A DNA stretch of 32,000 nucleotides from Candidatus Saccharimonadota bacterium (GTDB lineage Archaea > Nanohalarchaeota > Nanosalinia > Nanosalinales > Nanosalinaceae): NCBI RefSeq assembly GCF_029232205.1, contig NZ_CP107255.1, positions 1 to 32,000 of the forward strand, read 5' to 3'. The position numbers and the translations under genes are program-made. Numbering within the stretch: position 1 is the stretch's first letter; each line of letters starts with the position of its first letter. Of the stretch, positions 15,844 to 23,955 are shown piece by piece. The notes beneath the pieces were generated by a model that saw only the letters and a program-made list of their open reading frames with translations, made no database searches and was not told where the DNA came from.

Positions 15844-15871
15844 GCCTTTTTCTTTTTCCTCCTCTTTTTCT
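15841..15871 (+). terminator. Candidate terminator: TAG stop overlapping AGGCCT, followed by repeated T5 runs
   Basis: tAGGCCTttttctttttcctcctctttttc. Oligo-T tracts are the established archaeal termination signal. Confidence 0.45.
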
Positions 15872-15918
15872 ATCGTTCATATTTTAAGCAAGGTCTGACA
15901 ATTACAGGGTAGGCTGTT

Positions 15919-16731
15919 ATGAGTTCGACCGATTTTGAGGATTCTCTTGCCGATGCACTGGCGGAGGCTAAGAATCAGGCTCCTGAAATGGATGAACCAG
16001 ATGTTGATCCTGAGGACCTGAAGAAGGAGATTAGAAGACTTCACGATAGGCTTCGCAGATTGGAGGAGGCCCATAACGGCGGCGAAGTTCTTGTTGAGCA
16101 GGATGATTACAGCGATCTCAATGAGCATGATCTCCGTCAGAGGATGAAGGAGGTCGAAATTTCTCAGGATATTATGGAGTCCAGGCTTGAGGAAGAACTT
16201 GAGGACTTCAAGGATGAGCTTTTCGAGGACTTTTTCTCGGATGTAGAGGAGCGTCTTGCTGAGGAGCACCTGAAGAAGCGTGTGAACAGTATTCGTTCCG
16301 ATGCTGATAAGCAGATTGAAGAGCTTAGAGAAAGAGTTCAGGACGTCCAGATTGAGGAGAAAGTTGATAAAGAGGATCTGGATGAAAGAGTTGAGAATGA
16401 GAAGAAGGCCTTGGAGAGAAGGATTGATCGTCGTTACGGTGATCTGAAAGGAGAAGTTGATGAAGTTGATGATAAGGTAGAGTCTCTGAAGGCTGATCTT
16501 TACGAGGCTAATCAGAGTATCGGTTCTCTGAAGACCAAGATTGAGCAGATGCAGGAGGAGACTCAGAGAGTTGAGTCCGAGCTTCAGAATAATATTGAGG
16601 AGGCCAAAGAAGATGTTAAAGAGGAGATTGAGCCGGTTCCTTCTCAGGATGACTTTGAAGAGCTGAAGTCTCATGTAACTGAAATTTCCGGTCTTCTTGA
16701 CAGTCTTTCAAGCAAGATTTCTTCCAGGTAG
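15919..16731 (+). CDS. Acidic coiled-coil protein, function unknown
   Basis: 270 aa, extremely Glu/Asp/Lys-rich with heptad-like character throughout. No catalytic motif was seen. Confidence 0.6.
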   Translation: MSSTDFEDSLADALAEAKNQAPEMDEPDVDPEDLKKEIRRLHDRLRRLEEAHNGGEVLVEQDDYSDLNEHDLRQRMKEVEISQDIMESRLEEELEDFKDELFEDFFSDVEERLAEEHLKKRVNSIRSDADKQIEELRERVQDVQIEEKVDKEDLDERVENEKKALERRIDRRYGDLKGEVDEVDDKVESLKADLYEANQSIGSLKTKIEQMQEETQRVESELQNNIEEAKEDVKEEIEPVPSQDDFEELKSHVTEISGLLDSLSSKISSR

Positions 16732-16931
16732 CTGGGAATAATGTTTTTAACAGTCCGGGCCCAAGTTTTGGTATAGAATGAGTATTTTAGCATGCTCTGG
16801 CACTGCACAGATGAATATTATGTCAGAGACTATGCTAGCCAATTTCTTTAATTTCAAGGCTTTCAAGGGAACCAAGTCCAAGTTTTTCTGGTAATTGGTT
16901 CCAGGCCATAACGTTTCGGTGTTTTCCCTGT

Positions 16932-17603
16932 ATGGTTCTGGACTTCTTAGATGACGGCGCCCAAAGGCTTTTGCTCGTTCTCTGTCTTCCGCTGGTAGAT
17001 GGTGTTTTCGCAACACTGCTCGTTACAGGCGCAATCCAGACATTCTCAGATGTTGTTAACGTAGCTTTGACAATTTTCAGTGGTGCAGGAGCGCTGGCAG
17101 TTCTTTACTCGTCAGCTGATTCTGGTAGAGAGGCCCGCAGAATGGTTAAGCAGGTAACTCCTTTCCTGCTTGGTGGTGCATTGGTAATTTCGTTGATCGC
17201 ACCGGTCTTCGCCTCAGTGTTCTATATGGAGCGTTTGAAGTATGCTACAGGCCTTGCAATTATTGCGATCGCAGCTCATATCCTGGAGCTTGATCATGCT
17301 GAGAAGTTCCCTGTGCCTGCTATAGTGGTTACAGGCCTTGTTGTTTCGGTTCAGAGTCCTGCGGCGGCTGCTCCATCATTGGAGTACGTGGTTCCTGCGC
17401 TTGGAACTGCTGCTATGGCTGTAGGTGTTCTTTATCTGGCCTCATTGATTGATATTGAGAGAATGGATCTTGATTATATTCGGAGAGGAGGTGCGATGGT
17501 TCTCTGTCTGATAGGCCTTTCTCAGTTCGGATTGGCTGTTCCTTCGGAGTTAGGCCTTGCAGTTCTTGCTCTTTCAGTGTTTGCTTCTCTGAGGAAAGGT
17601 TAG
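16932..17603 (+). CDS. Integral membrane protein, about 6 predicted TM helices
   Basis: 223 aa with hydrophobic Ala/Leu/Val/Gly-rich segments separated by short polar loops. Confidence 0.65.
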   Translation: MVLDFLDDGAQRLLLVLCLPLVDGVFATLLVTGAIQTFSDVVNVALTIFSGAGALAVLYSSADSGREARRMVKQVTPFLLGGALVISLIAPVFASVFYMERLKYATGLAIIAIAAHILELDHAEKFPVPAIVVTGLVVSVQSPAAAAPSLEYVVPALGTAAMAVGVLYLASLIDIERMDLDYIRRGGAMVLCLIGLSQFGLAVPSELGLAVLALSVFASLRKG

Positions 17604-17983
17604 AGGCTGTAGAATTCGATTTCTATGTTTCCTGTGTTTCCTTTGATGTATCTTGCGACCAGTCTTTCTCTTAGAGGCCTGAATGCCAGCAGGAATCCGA
17701 TTGCGTCGGTTATTATTCCTGGTGAAATGAGTAGTAGACCTGCTATGACTAGTAGTGCGCCCTCTGCTACGTTTCGGCTTATTTCTCCTGCTGTGACTGA
17801 TCTCTGTAGTTTTTTGAGTACGTGACGGCCTTCTCTTTTGACTATTGTTGCGCCGACTATGCCTGTTACTACGACGATGGCCAGTGTCTGCCAGAATCCG
17901 AGCATTCCTGCTAGCTGTACAAGTATGTATAGATCTGTGAATGGTAGTACTATCATTGCCAGCAGGAGTAGGATTCCGATCAT
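17600..17983 (-). CDS. fxsA: FxsA family cytoplasmic membrane protein
   Basis: 127 aa. The conserved LLVIAGLLLISPGIITDAIGFLLAFRPLRERL block matches the FxsA signature (..PGFxTD..G..LL.P). Confidence 0.8.
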   Translation of the reverse strand: MIGILLLLAMIVLPFTDLYILVQLAGMLGFWQTLAIVVVTGIVGATIVKREGRHVLKKLQRSVTAGEISRNVAEGALLVIAGLLLISPGIITDAIGFLLAFRPLRERLVARYIKGNTGNIEIEFYSL

Positions 17984-18016
17984 ACTGTATGAATAGGCCT
18001 CAGGATTTAAACCATG

Positions 18017-18346
18017 TTACCGATTCTTGATTCTGTCAACTATTATCTGGAGTTCTCCTCTGTACATGGAAACTTCTCCTTCCAGAGTTACTTTTTCTCC
18101 CTGAGCGTGTGAAGGCCTTTTATCGAATTTTACGGCCTCGATACTTTTTTCTCGATTTTTCAGTGTGAAGAAAAAGTGGTTTCTTCCGGCTGGATTGGCT
18201 ACTTCTCCAGTAACTCTGACTTTTTCTCCAGCCATCGAAGGCCTCACTTCCGATATTTCTACTTTCTCCGGTGGAATACTGGTTGCAAGGTATAGTGTGA
18301 GAAGGCCTATGCAGGCTGTGAGAAAGTATTTCTGGTAGTTGTTCAT
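18017..18346 (-). CDS. Membrane-anchored OB-fold (tRNA_anti-like nucleic-acid-binding) protein
   Basis: It has an N-terminal TM helix and an OB-like core (VRVTGEV....FFFTLKN..SIEAVKF........GEKVTLEGEVSMYRGELQIIV). Its start overlaps the thpR stop (ATGA). Confidence 0.55.
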   Translation of the reverse strand: MNNYQKYFLTACIGLLTLYLATSIPPEKVEISEVRPSMAGEKVRVTGEVANPAGRNHFFFTLKNREKSIEAVKFDKRPSHAQGEKVTLEGEVSMYRGELQIIVDRIKNR

Positions 18347-18882
18347 TCCAGTTTCTTCACTTTGAGTTTTCTGTAGTGGGGGCCGTTTTCTTTCAGAACG
18401 CTTTCGAAAAGTTTGACTTTATCGACTTTGATATCTGCTATTTTCCGGCCCTGGTATTTTTCGAATTTTTCGTGCAGCGTCTTTTTCTGGCCTTTTCTCA
18501 GTTTTTTGACTCTGTGGAGTGTGATATGTGGTTCGAATTCGTGCTGGCTTGAGTCAGGTACTTCGTGCTGAGAGACCTGGTTATGTAGGTCGAATATTTT
18601 TTCGGAGTTGATGCCGGCCCAGATTACTCTGACATGGTTTTTTGATGGAAATGCGCCGAGACCTCTGATTTCGACGTTGAAAGGTTCTTGTTGTACGTTG
18701 TTGAGGGCCTGTTCGATCTTCTTTATCTCCTGTTTGTCTGTGTTTTTGAAGAATTGTAGTGTGATGTGCATTTTTTCTGTGGGTACTGGTTTGAATCCGA
18801 GGTCTGTCTCGTTTCTGACCTGTTTTAGTTTGTTGAGGGCTTCGGTTTGCTCTATTTCGATGGCTGAGAAGACTCTCGGCAT
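18343..18882 (-). CDS. thpR: RNA 2',3'-cyclic phosphodiesterase (2H phosphoesterase, ThpR/LigT family)
   Basis: 179 aa with the two diagnostic HxT motifs, MHITLQF and PHITLHR. Confidence 0.85.
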   Translation of the reverse strand: MPRVFSAIEIEQTEALNKLKQVRNETDLGFKPVPTEKMHITLQFFKNTDKQEIKKIEQALNNVQQEPFNVEIRGLGAFPSKNHVRVIWAGINSEKIFDLHNQVSQHEVPDSSQHEFEPHITLHRVKKLRKGQKKTLHEKFEKYQGRKIADIKVDKVKLFESVLKENGPHYRKLKVKKLE

Positions 18883-18931
18883 ACAAAGTTTTTAATTATG
18901 AGTTGCTCATAAATACTTAGGCGAACTGAAA

Positions 18932-19192
18932 ATGGCAAATAATCCGCGTGGAACTGAGATTAGAGGCAAGACGATTGTTTCTGAAGAACATGGTAAAAAA
19001 TTCGGTGAGGTAGATGATCTTTCGTTTGTATCTGATACTGGAGAGCTGATGAATATACTAATTACTGATACTACGGAGCATATTTCCGAGCAGAGTCTTC
19101 AGGAGGACAGGAAGGGCCGTAACCTGGTACCTTTCTCTGCTGTGAAGTCTATTGGGGACTTTGTGATTGTCTCTGAAGAAGACATGATTTAG
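18932..19192 (+). CDS. PRC-barrel domain protein
   Basis: 86 aa. The pattern IRGKTIVSEEHGKKFGEVDDLSFVSDTGELMNILI ... VPFSAVKSIGDFVIV is typical of PRC-barrel proteins. Confidence 0.6.
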   Translation: MANNPRGTEIRGKTIVSEEHGKKFGEVDDLSFVSDTGELMNILITDTTEHISEQSLQEDRKGRNLVPFSAVKSIGDFVIVSEEDMI

Positions 19193-19216
19193 AGGCCTTT
19201 TTCTCCTCTAAATTTT

Positions 19217-19702
19217 CTATATTTCGTATTTTTCTCCATCTATATTCAAGGTTAGTTCTTTGTCTTCGTCGAAGTTTACTATCTTGACTACGCTTCTGTT
19301 TGCGGTTATGTATGCGTTTACTCCGTCCATTCTTCTGTTGACGATGTTCCATCCGTTGGTGTCGTGGTTGCGTGTTTGGGAATGGTCTCCTATGAGAATG
19401 TTTGATTCTCTGTCGAGTTCTCTTCTTTCGTCTTCGTTGAAGAATACTGGGCCTTCGTGTTCGTATGTGTCGAGCTCTGGGTAGATTCCATCGTCTGTAG
19501 GGTATTCTTCGGCTGTTTCAGGGCCTTTGATTGAGAAGTATTCGTCCTGGTGTTTTAGCAGGCCGTCGTCTTCGGGATCTATTTTTACTGTCAGTATCTC
19601 TGTCTCGCGGTCTACTTCTTTTCCGTAGCTGTTTACGGCGCTGTTTATTTGCTCTATTTCTTTTTCACTGAGCTTTCTTTTCACGTGTTTTGCTGAACTC
19701 AT
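19217..19702 (-). CDS. Hypothetical acidic protein
   Basis: 161-aa ORF on the same strand as rpa-radA and downstream of them. No family was recognised. Confidence 0.55.
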   Translation of the reverse strand: MSSAKHVKRKLSEKEIEQINSAVNSYGKEVDRETEILTVKIDPEDDGLLKHQDEYFSIKGPETAEEYPTDDGIYPELDTYEHEGPVFFNEDERRELDRESNILIGDHSQTRNHDTNGWNIVNRRMDGVNAYITANRSVVKIVNFDEDKELTLNIDGEKYEI

Positions 19703-19748
19703 TTCTGTTTCTTACTGTGTGAATGTGTGGAAAATGTTTTCTGCTTTT

Positions 19749-20333
19749 CTAAATGTCGTATCGTGAGTTGCTCTGCCAGTAGCCTTCGTCCTGACGTTCA
19801 AGTTCTCCGCCCTGTACGTTTTCTCGTAGTACGTCCGGTACTTCTCCTGTTTCCGGTACTGAGTATTGGTTCATGACTGTTTTTGCGGATTCTTCGATTT
19901 CTTCTGAACCTGTGAATCTTGCCCAGTGAACAGGCTTGTCTCCTCCAAGAAGGCCTCTGATTCCTCCTTCATCCATTGTGGTAGGTTCGTTCCAGTCGAC
20001 TGCTCTGGAAGCATCGTTGTTGTCCATTTCGTTTTCCATTGCGATGTAGAAGAGTGCGGTATCTTCAGGATCGTCAGCGGTATAAAGAATATCTACGCAG
20101 TCAGCGGATCGGTATAGTGTGTTTTGCGGTGTTTCTCTCATTGATCCTGGCTGACCATCTCTTCCCTCTGAGAAAGTTATTTTGTTGCCGTTGTGAGGGT
20201 CATTACCTGATATGTTGCCGAATTCGTCCTCATCCATCCAGTCCTGATATCTGCGTCCTTCTGAGGCCTTTGTTCTTAGTATTTCCGGGCCTTCCTGGAG
20301 GATGTCGGCTGTGGTATCAAGTTGTTGTGTCAT
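19749..20333 (-). CDS. Hypothetical acidic protein
   Basis: 194-aa ORF starting 86 bp downstream of the radA stop on the same strand. No family was recognised. Confidence 0.55.
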   Translation of the reverse strand: MTQQLDTTADILQEGPEILRTKASEGRRYQDWMDEDEFGNISGNDPHNGNKITFSEGRDGQPGSMRETPQNTLYRSADCVDILYTADDPEDTALFYIAMENEMDNNDASRAVDWNEPTTMDEGGIRGLLGGDKPVHWARFTGSEEIEESAKTVMNQYSVPETGEVPDVLRENVQGGELERQDEGYWQSNSRYDI

Positions 20334-20419
20334 AACTGTAAAGTAACAACAGACTTTTTTATTCTTTTTGGATGGAGAAAGGTGTTCTAAGAGAAAAAAT
20401 TAGGTGGGTGACGGCGGTT

Positions 20420-21370
20420 TTAACCGTCGATAATTCCTTCGTCTGTGATTGAGTAGACTGCTTCTCCTTCTGGTAGGTAAGGTGAGTCTTCGAGTCTTGC
20501 GACTCTTGTGTCTTTCTTTCCTTTTCTGAGGTAGATGATTGTTGCGCAGTTGTGTGCTACGATGTTTCCTCCGATGGCCTTTGTAGGGTCTCCGAACATC
20601 TGGTCTGGGTTGTCCATGACCTGGTTTGTGAGGACTACTGCTACGTTGTGTGTATTTGCTGCTTTCAGCAGTGTTGACATGTGCTTGTTCAACTTTTGCT
20701 GTCGCTTGGCTAGTTCTCCTCTGCCTACGTATTCTGACCTGAAGTGGGCCATAAGGGAGTCGACTACGATTAGGCCTATGTCGTTTTCCTCGCAGATTGT
20801 TTTGGCTTCTTCTGCTAGAAGCATCTGGTGGTCGGAGTTGAATGCTCGTGCTACGTGGATGTTGTCGAGTACTTCGTCTGCGTCCATGTCCTGTGCTTCG
20901 GCCATTTGTTCGATTCTTTCTGGGATGAATGTGTCTTCTGTGTCGATGTAGATTGCGCCTTTTCCTAGGCCTCCTTCTTCCTCTGATCTCTGTACGTTTA
21001 CTGCCAGGTGGTGTGCGATCTGTGTTTTTCCTGCTCCGAACTCTCCGTAGAGTTCTGTGAGGGATTGTGTTTCTACTCCGCCGTCAAGTAGTTCGTTGAA
21101 GCTTTCGGAGTTTGTGGAGATTTTTCTCATTTCCTGTCTCTGTTTGTATCTTTCTGTTCCTGTTTCGAATCCTCCTACGTCGGCTAGATCCATTGCAGAG
21201 TTTACGATGCTTTCTGCTGCGGATTCTCCGATGCCGTCTACTTTTCCTGATAGTTCTCCGGCCTTCATGTTTGCGATTTCCATGAGGTTGGTTAGGCCTT
21301 CTTCCCGGAGTCTTTCTGCTGTTTTTCCTCCTACGCCATCTAGATCTTCAAGTTCTACGTCGTCTGCCAT
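20420..21370 (-). CDS. radA: DNA repair and recombination protein RadA
   Basis: 316 aa with an N-terminal HhH domain (LEDLDGVGGKTAERL), Walker A GEFGAGKTQ and Walker B LIVVDS. Confidence 0.95.
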   Translation of the reverse strand: MADDVELEDLDGVGGKTAERLREEGLTNLMEIANMKAGELSGKVDGIGESAAESIVNSAMDLADVGGFETGTERYKQRQEMRKISTNSESFNELLDGGVETQSLTELYGEFGAGKTQIAHHLAVNVQRSEEEGGLGKGAIYIDTEDTFIPERIEQMAEAQDMDADEVLDNIHVARAFNSDHQMLLAEEAKTICEENDIGLIVVDSLMAHFRSEYVGRGELAKRQQKLNKHMSTLLKAANTHNVAVVLTNQVMDNPDQMFGDPTKAIGGNIVAHNCATIIYLRKGKKDTRVARLEDSPYLPEGEAVYSITDEGIIDG

Positions 21371-21434
21371 TTTAGTTGCTCACCTTTGTTTCTTTTCCTG
21401 CAAATGTTTGAGTTTTGCTCATAGTATAAGTTTT

Positions 21435-22433
21435 TTAGACTTCCATGACTTCTAGAAGTTGTTTGAGCTGTTCTGTTGTGTCTATTTCTTCTACACTGTT
21501 TGCAAGTAGCTCTATTCTTCCGAAGTAGTCGTTGTAGCGTGTTCGGCCTTCGATCTGTAGTTCTTTGCCGATTGCTTCGTCTCCTGCTTCTTCGACTGCG
21601 TCCAGGTCGCCTTCTTTTTCTGTTTCTTCGTCGATTTCCAGTACTTTTCGGGCCTGTTCTCCGAAGAATACTACTCTGATGTTTTCTGTTCCATCGTCTA
21701 TTACGCCTGAGAGCGCTAGTCTGTGGCCTGGTTCTTCTATTACGTCTCCATCGTCGGTTACGTATTCTCCATCGTCGTTTTCTCTGACTGTGTCTCCTGA
21801 GTCTGGATCTACACGGTAGAAGGGGTTGTTTGTGTAGACTGCCATCAGCATTCCGTTGATCTTGTATGATGAGTTTTCTGCTGTGACTTCTCTGATTGAG
21901 GCCTCTTCTGTGTCCATGCCTCCAGTTTCTACTTCGGGTACGTCTTCGTCGTCTGCCATTGCTACTTTGGCTGAGTCTCCGAGTCGGATTTCTGCGTTTC
22001 CTCGATCGTCTTCCATTGTGTAGGCGCCTGTTATTTCGATTGCGTCGCCTTCGCTGATCTTGTCTGCGATCTCTGTTTGTTCGTCCCAGAGGGTCATTCT
22101 AATTGTTCCTGTGTCGTCCCCGAGAACCACGTTCTGTACGCGGCCGTCTTCTTCATCGTCGTCTCTTTCGAAGGTGTTGAGGTCTGAGATGTTGACTACT
22201 CGGGCCTTGAAGTTGACTTTTCTCATGTCTGGTACGATGTTTTCTATTTTGAGGTCTTCGCTCATTTCCTGGCCTATGTTTACGCCGTGTTCTTTTGCTA
22301 CGAGGTGGACTGCGCCTTCTTCTGATACTAGGCCTTCGAACTCGTCCATTTTTTCTTCTACTTTTTCTTTTACTTCGTCTTCGTCGAGTTCTGTTTCCTC
22401 TACTATTTTCTCGATTATTTCCTCGGGGTCCAT
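21435..22433 (-). CDS. Replication protein A-like ssDNA-binding protein (OB folds)
   Basis: 332 aa. The N-terminal acidic helical region is followed by OB-fold repeats (FKARVVNISDLNTFERDD...VQNVVLGDDTGTIRMTLWDEQ), as in euryarchaeal RPA. Confidence 0.8.
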   Translation of the reverse strand: MDPEEIIEKIVEETELDEDEVKEKVEEKMDEFEGLVSEEGAVHLVAKEHGVNIGQEMSEDLKIENIVPDMRKVNFKARVVNISDLNTFERDDDEEDGRVQNVVLGDDTGTIRMTLWDEQTEIADKISEGDAIEITGAYTMEDDRGNAEIRLGDSAKVAMADDEDVPEVETGGMDTEEASIREVTAENSSYKINGMLMAVYTNNPFYRVDPDSGDTVRENDDGEYVTDDGDVIEEPGHRLALSGVIDDGTENIRVVFFGEQARKVLEIDEETEKEGDLDAVEEAGDEAIGKELQIEGRTRYNDYFGRIELLANSVEEIDTTEQLKQLLEVMEV

Positions 22434-22557
22434 ATTGTTAGAAGTGAATGGAAATCTTAAATCCTCTTTCGTTTTAGAGGTTGTTTGCTGGGAAAATTGT
22501 GTTTTCTGGCCTGGTAGAAAAATAAGATAGGGGATATGTAGGAAGGGTGCAGAGGGT

Positions 22558-22755
22558 TTATTTCAGGGCCTCTTTGACGTCTTCCTTGCGGATTGTTTTG
22601 CGGCCGTCTTCTCTTGCAATTGCGATTGCTTCTTCTGCTACGTCGCCTGCAAATGTTTCTAGAATTTGTCCGAGTGTTTCGGCGCTTTCTTGGGAAACTC
22701 GTTTGTCTCCTTGGCCTTTGATCATTTCCTTCATCTTAGCTCTTGAGAATTCCAT
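22558..22755 (-). CDS. Archaeal histone (single histone-fold, HMf family)
   Basis: The 65-aa product from the ATG at 22755 reads MEFSRAKMKEMIKGQGDKRVSQESAETLGQILETFAGDVAEEAIAIAREDGRKTIRKEDVKEALK. The upstream extension in the track ORF is non-histone-like. Confidence 0.85.
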   Translation of the reverse strand: MEFSRAKMKEMIKGQGDKRVSQESAETLGQILETFAGDVAEEAIAIAREDGRKTIRKEDVKEALK

Positions 22756-22767
22756 TGTCACGTTTAG

Positions 22768-22859
22768 ATTAGTGATCAAAATCATTATAAAGTCAAACCT
22801 GATTGGTTTTGTGAACTGTTGAGTAGCAACCAAAGAGAATATTAACTTAGATCACTAAT
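22768..22859. promoter_or_regulatory. 10-bp inverted repeat ATTAGTGATC / GATCACTAAT in the divergent histone and wHTH promoters
   Basis: Exact copies lie at 22768-22777 and 22850-22859. Read in each gene's own direction, GATCACTAAT follows a TATA-like box (tttataat / aatattaac) and precedes the ATG by 12 and 20 nt. Confidence 0.5.
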
Positions 22860-22879
22860 TAAGGTGTACAGGTAGGACA

Positions 22880-23149
22880 ATGGATGAAAGCGAGCAGGAG
22901 TTTTTCCTGCATACTAAACCCGCCAAGATGATGGTCAGGCTTGCTGATCCGTCGGCGGAGAACTATGCATCGGCACTTTCTTCCCGAATTGACTGTACTT
23001 ACTCTCACGCTGTGAGGATTATTCAGAAGCTTGAGGAGATGGGCCTGGTCGAGTCCAACAAGAAGGGCAGGAAGAAGTATATTGAACTCACATCACGCGG
23101 GGAAGATGTGGCCCATACTCTTAACGACTTGATGAAGTTGCTTGACTGA
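22880..23149 (+). CDS. Winged helix-turn-helix transcriptional regulator (MarR/ArsR-like)
   Basis: 89 aa with an HTH plus wing: YASALSSRIDCTYSHAVRIIQKLEEMGLVESNKKGRKKYIELTSRG. Confidence 0.6.
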   Translation: MDESEQEFFLHTKPAKMMVRLADPSAENYASALSSRIDCTYSHAVRIIQKLEEMGLVESNKKGRKKYIELTSRGEDVAHTLNDLMKLLD

Positions 23150-23765
23150 GGAAGTCCAATGTATTTTCGATCACTTCATCTTTCGATCCCTGGAAGGAGT
23201 GGCCGGTGTCTTTCAGAACTCTCACATCTGCACCTTGAATGTTTTCTGCTATGGTCTCCGAGTTCTCTACTTCAACTATTTGATCCTGTTCTCCATGTAT
23301 AAGAAGAGTCTCTGCTGGTAGTTGTTGAAGGGTTGATGTGTCGATGGTGATATCTGTGGCTGTCGAGGCATGGCCTAGAGTGGTAGATCTCCACTTTTCC
23401 ACATTGCTGGTTCCGAGGCCTACTGCTGGAGCCCATAGAACCATGGAGCTAAAACTCACATTGTCGGGGTAGGTTAATGCAAGCTGGCCTCCGAACGACT
23501 TTCCTATCACATGTATTCTCTCACATCCTGATTCTGTCAACCTGTTGATGGCCTCATCTATTTGCTGGTGAAGATCCTTGAGGGTCAACTCTTCCAGGTC
23601 GCGTGCATCATCCCATGTATCTACCCTCACAACCCTGCAGTATTCACTCATTTCCTCCACTACTTCATCGAAAGGGCTGCCGAAAGGACCGCTACTGATA
23701 CCAGGTATTACGAGAAGGCCTTCATCTGCGTTCTCATTGCCCTCCTCTACCAGGCCTCTGCTCAT
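23121..23765 (-). CDS. Alpha/beta-fold hydrolase
   Basis: It has the nucleophile elbow GKSFG, an acid residue in LIHGEQDQIV, and a His in DTGHSF. The ATG at 23765 is preferred over the track start at 23891, whose N-terminal extension is basic and atypical. Confidence 0.7.
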   Translation of the reverse strand: MSRGLVEEGNENADEGLLVIPGISSGPFGSPFDEVVEEMSEYCRVVRVDTWDDARDLEELTLKDLHQQIDEAINRLTESGCERIHVIGKSFGGQLALTYPDNVSFSSMVLWAPAVGLGTSNVEKWRSTTLGHASTATDITIDTSTLQQLPAETLLIHGEQDQIVEVENSETIAENIQGADVRVLKDTGHSFQGSKDEVIENTLDFLSQATSSSR

Positions 23766-23955
23766 GCATTTGTTATTCGGCCGGAGTCTGAAGAATTTTT
23801 CCCGCCGTAGAGGCCTGTTATTACTCACATAGCTCTTCAGGGTGTTCGATTTCTGTGAACAATATACTGTGAAAGAATAACGAACATTCAATATTTTTTA
23901 ATAAGTAGTGTGAGTATCGGAAAGTAAGAAACAAAATAAAGAGAGTTCGATAAAA

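Noticed and set aside
16747-17016. 89-aa minus-strand ORF spanning the spacer and the start of the membrane-protein gene
   Set aside because: It has basic, atypical composition, overlaps the well-supported + strand membrane protein, and shows no recognisable motif.
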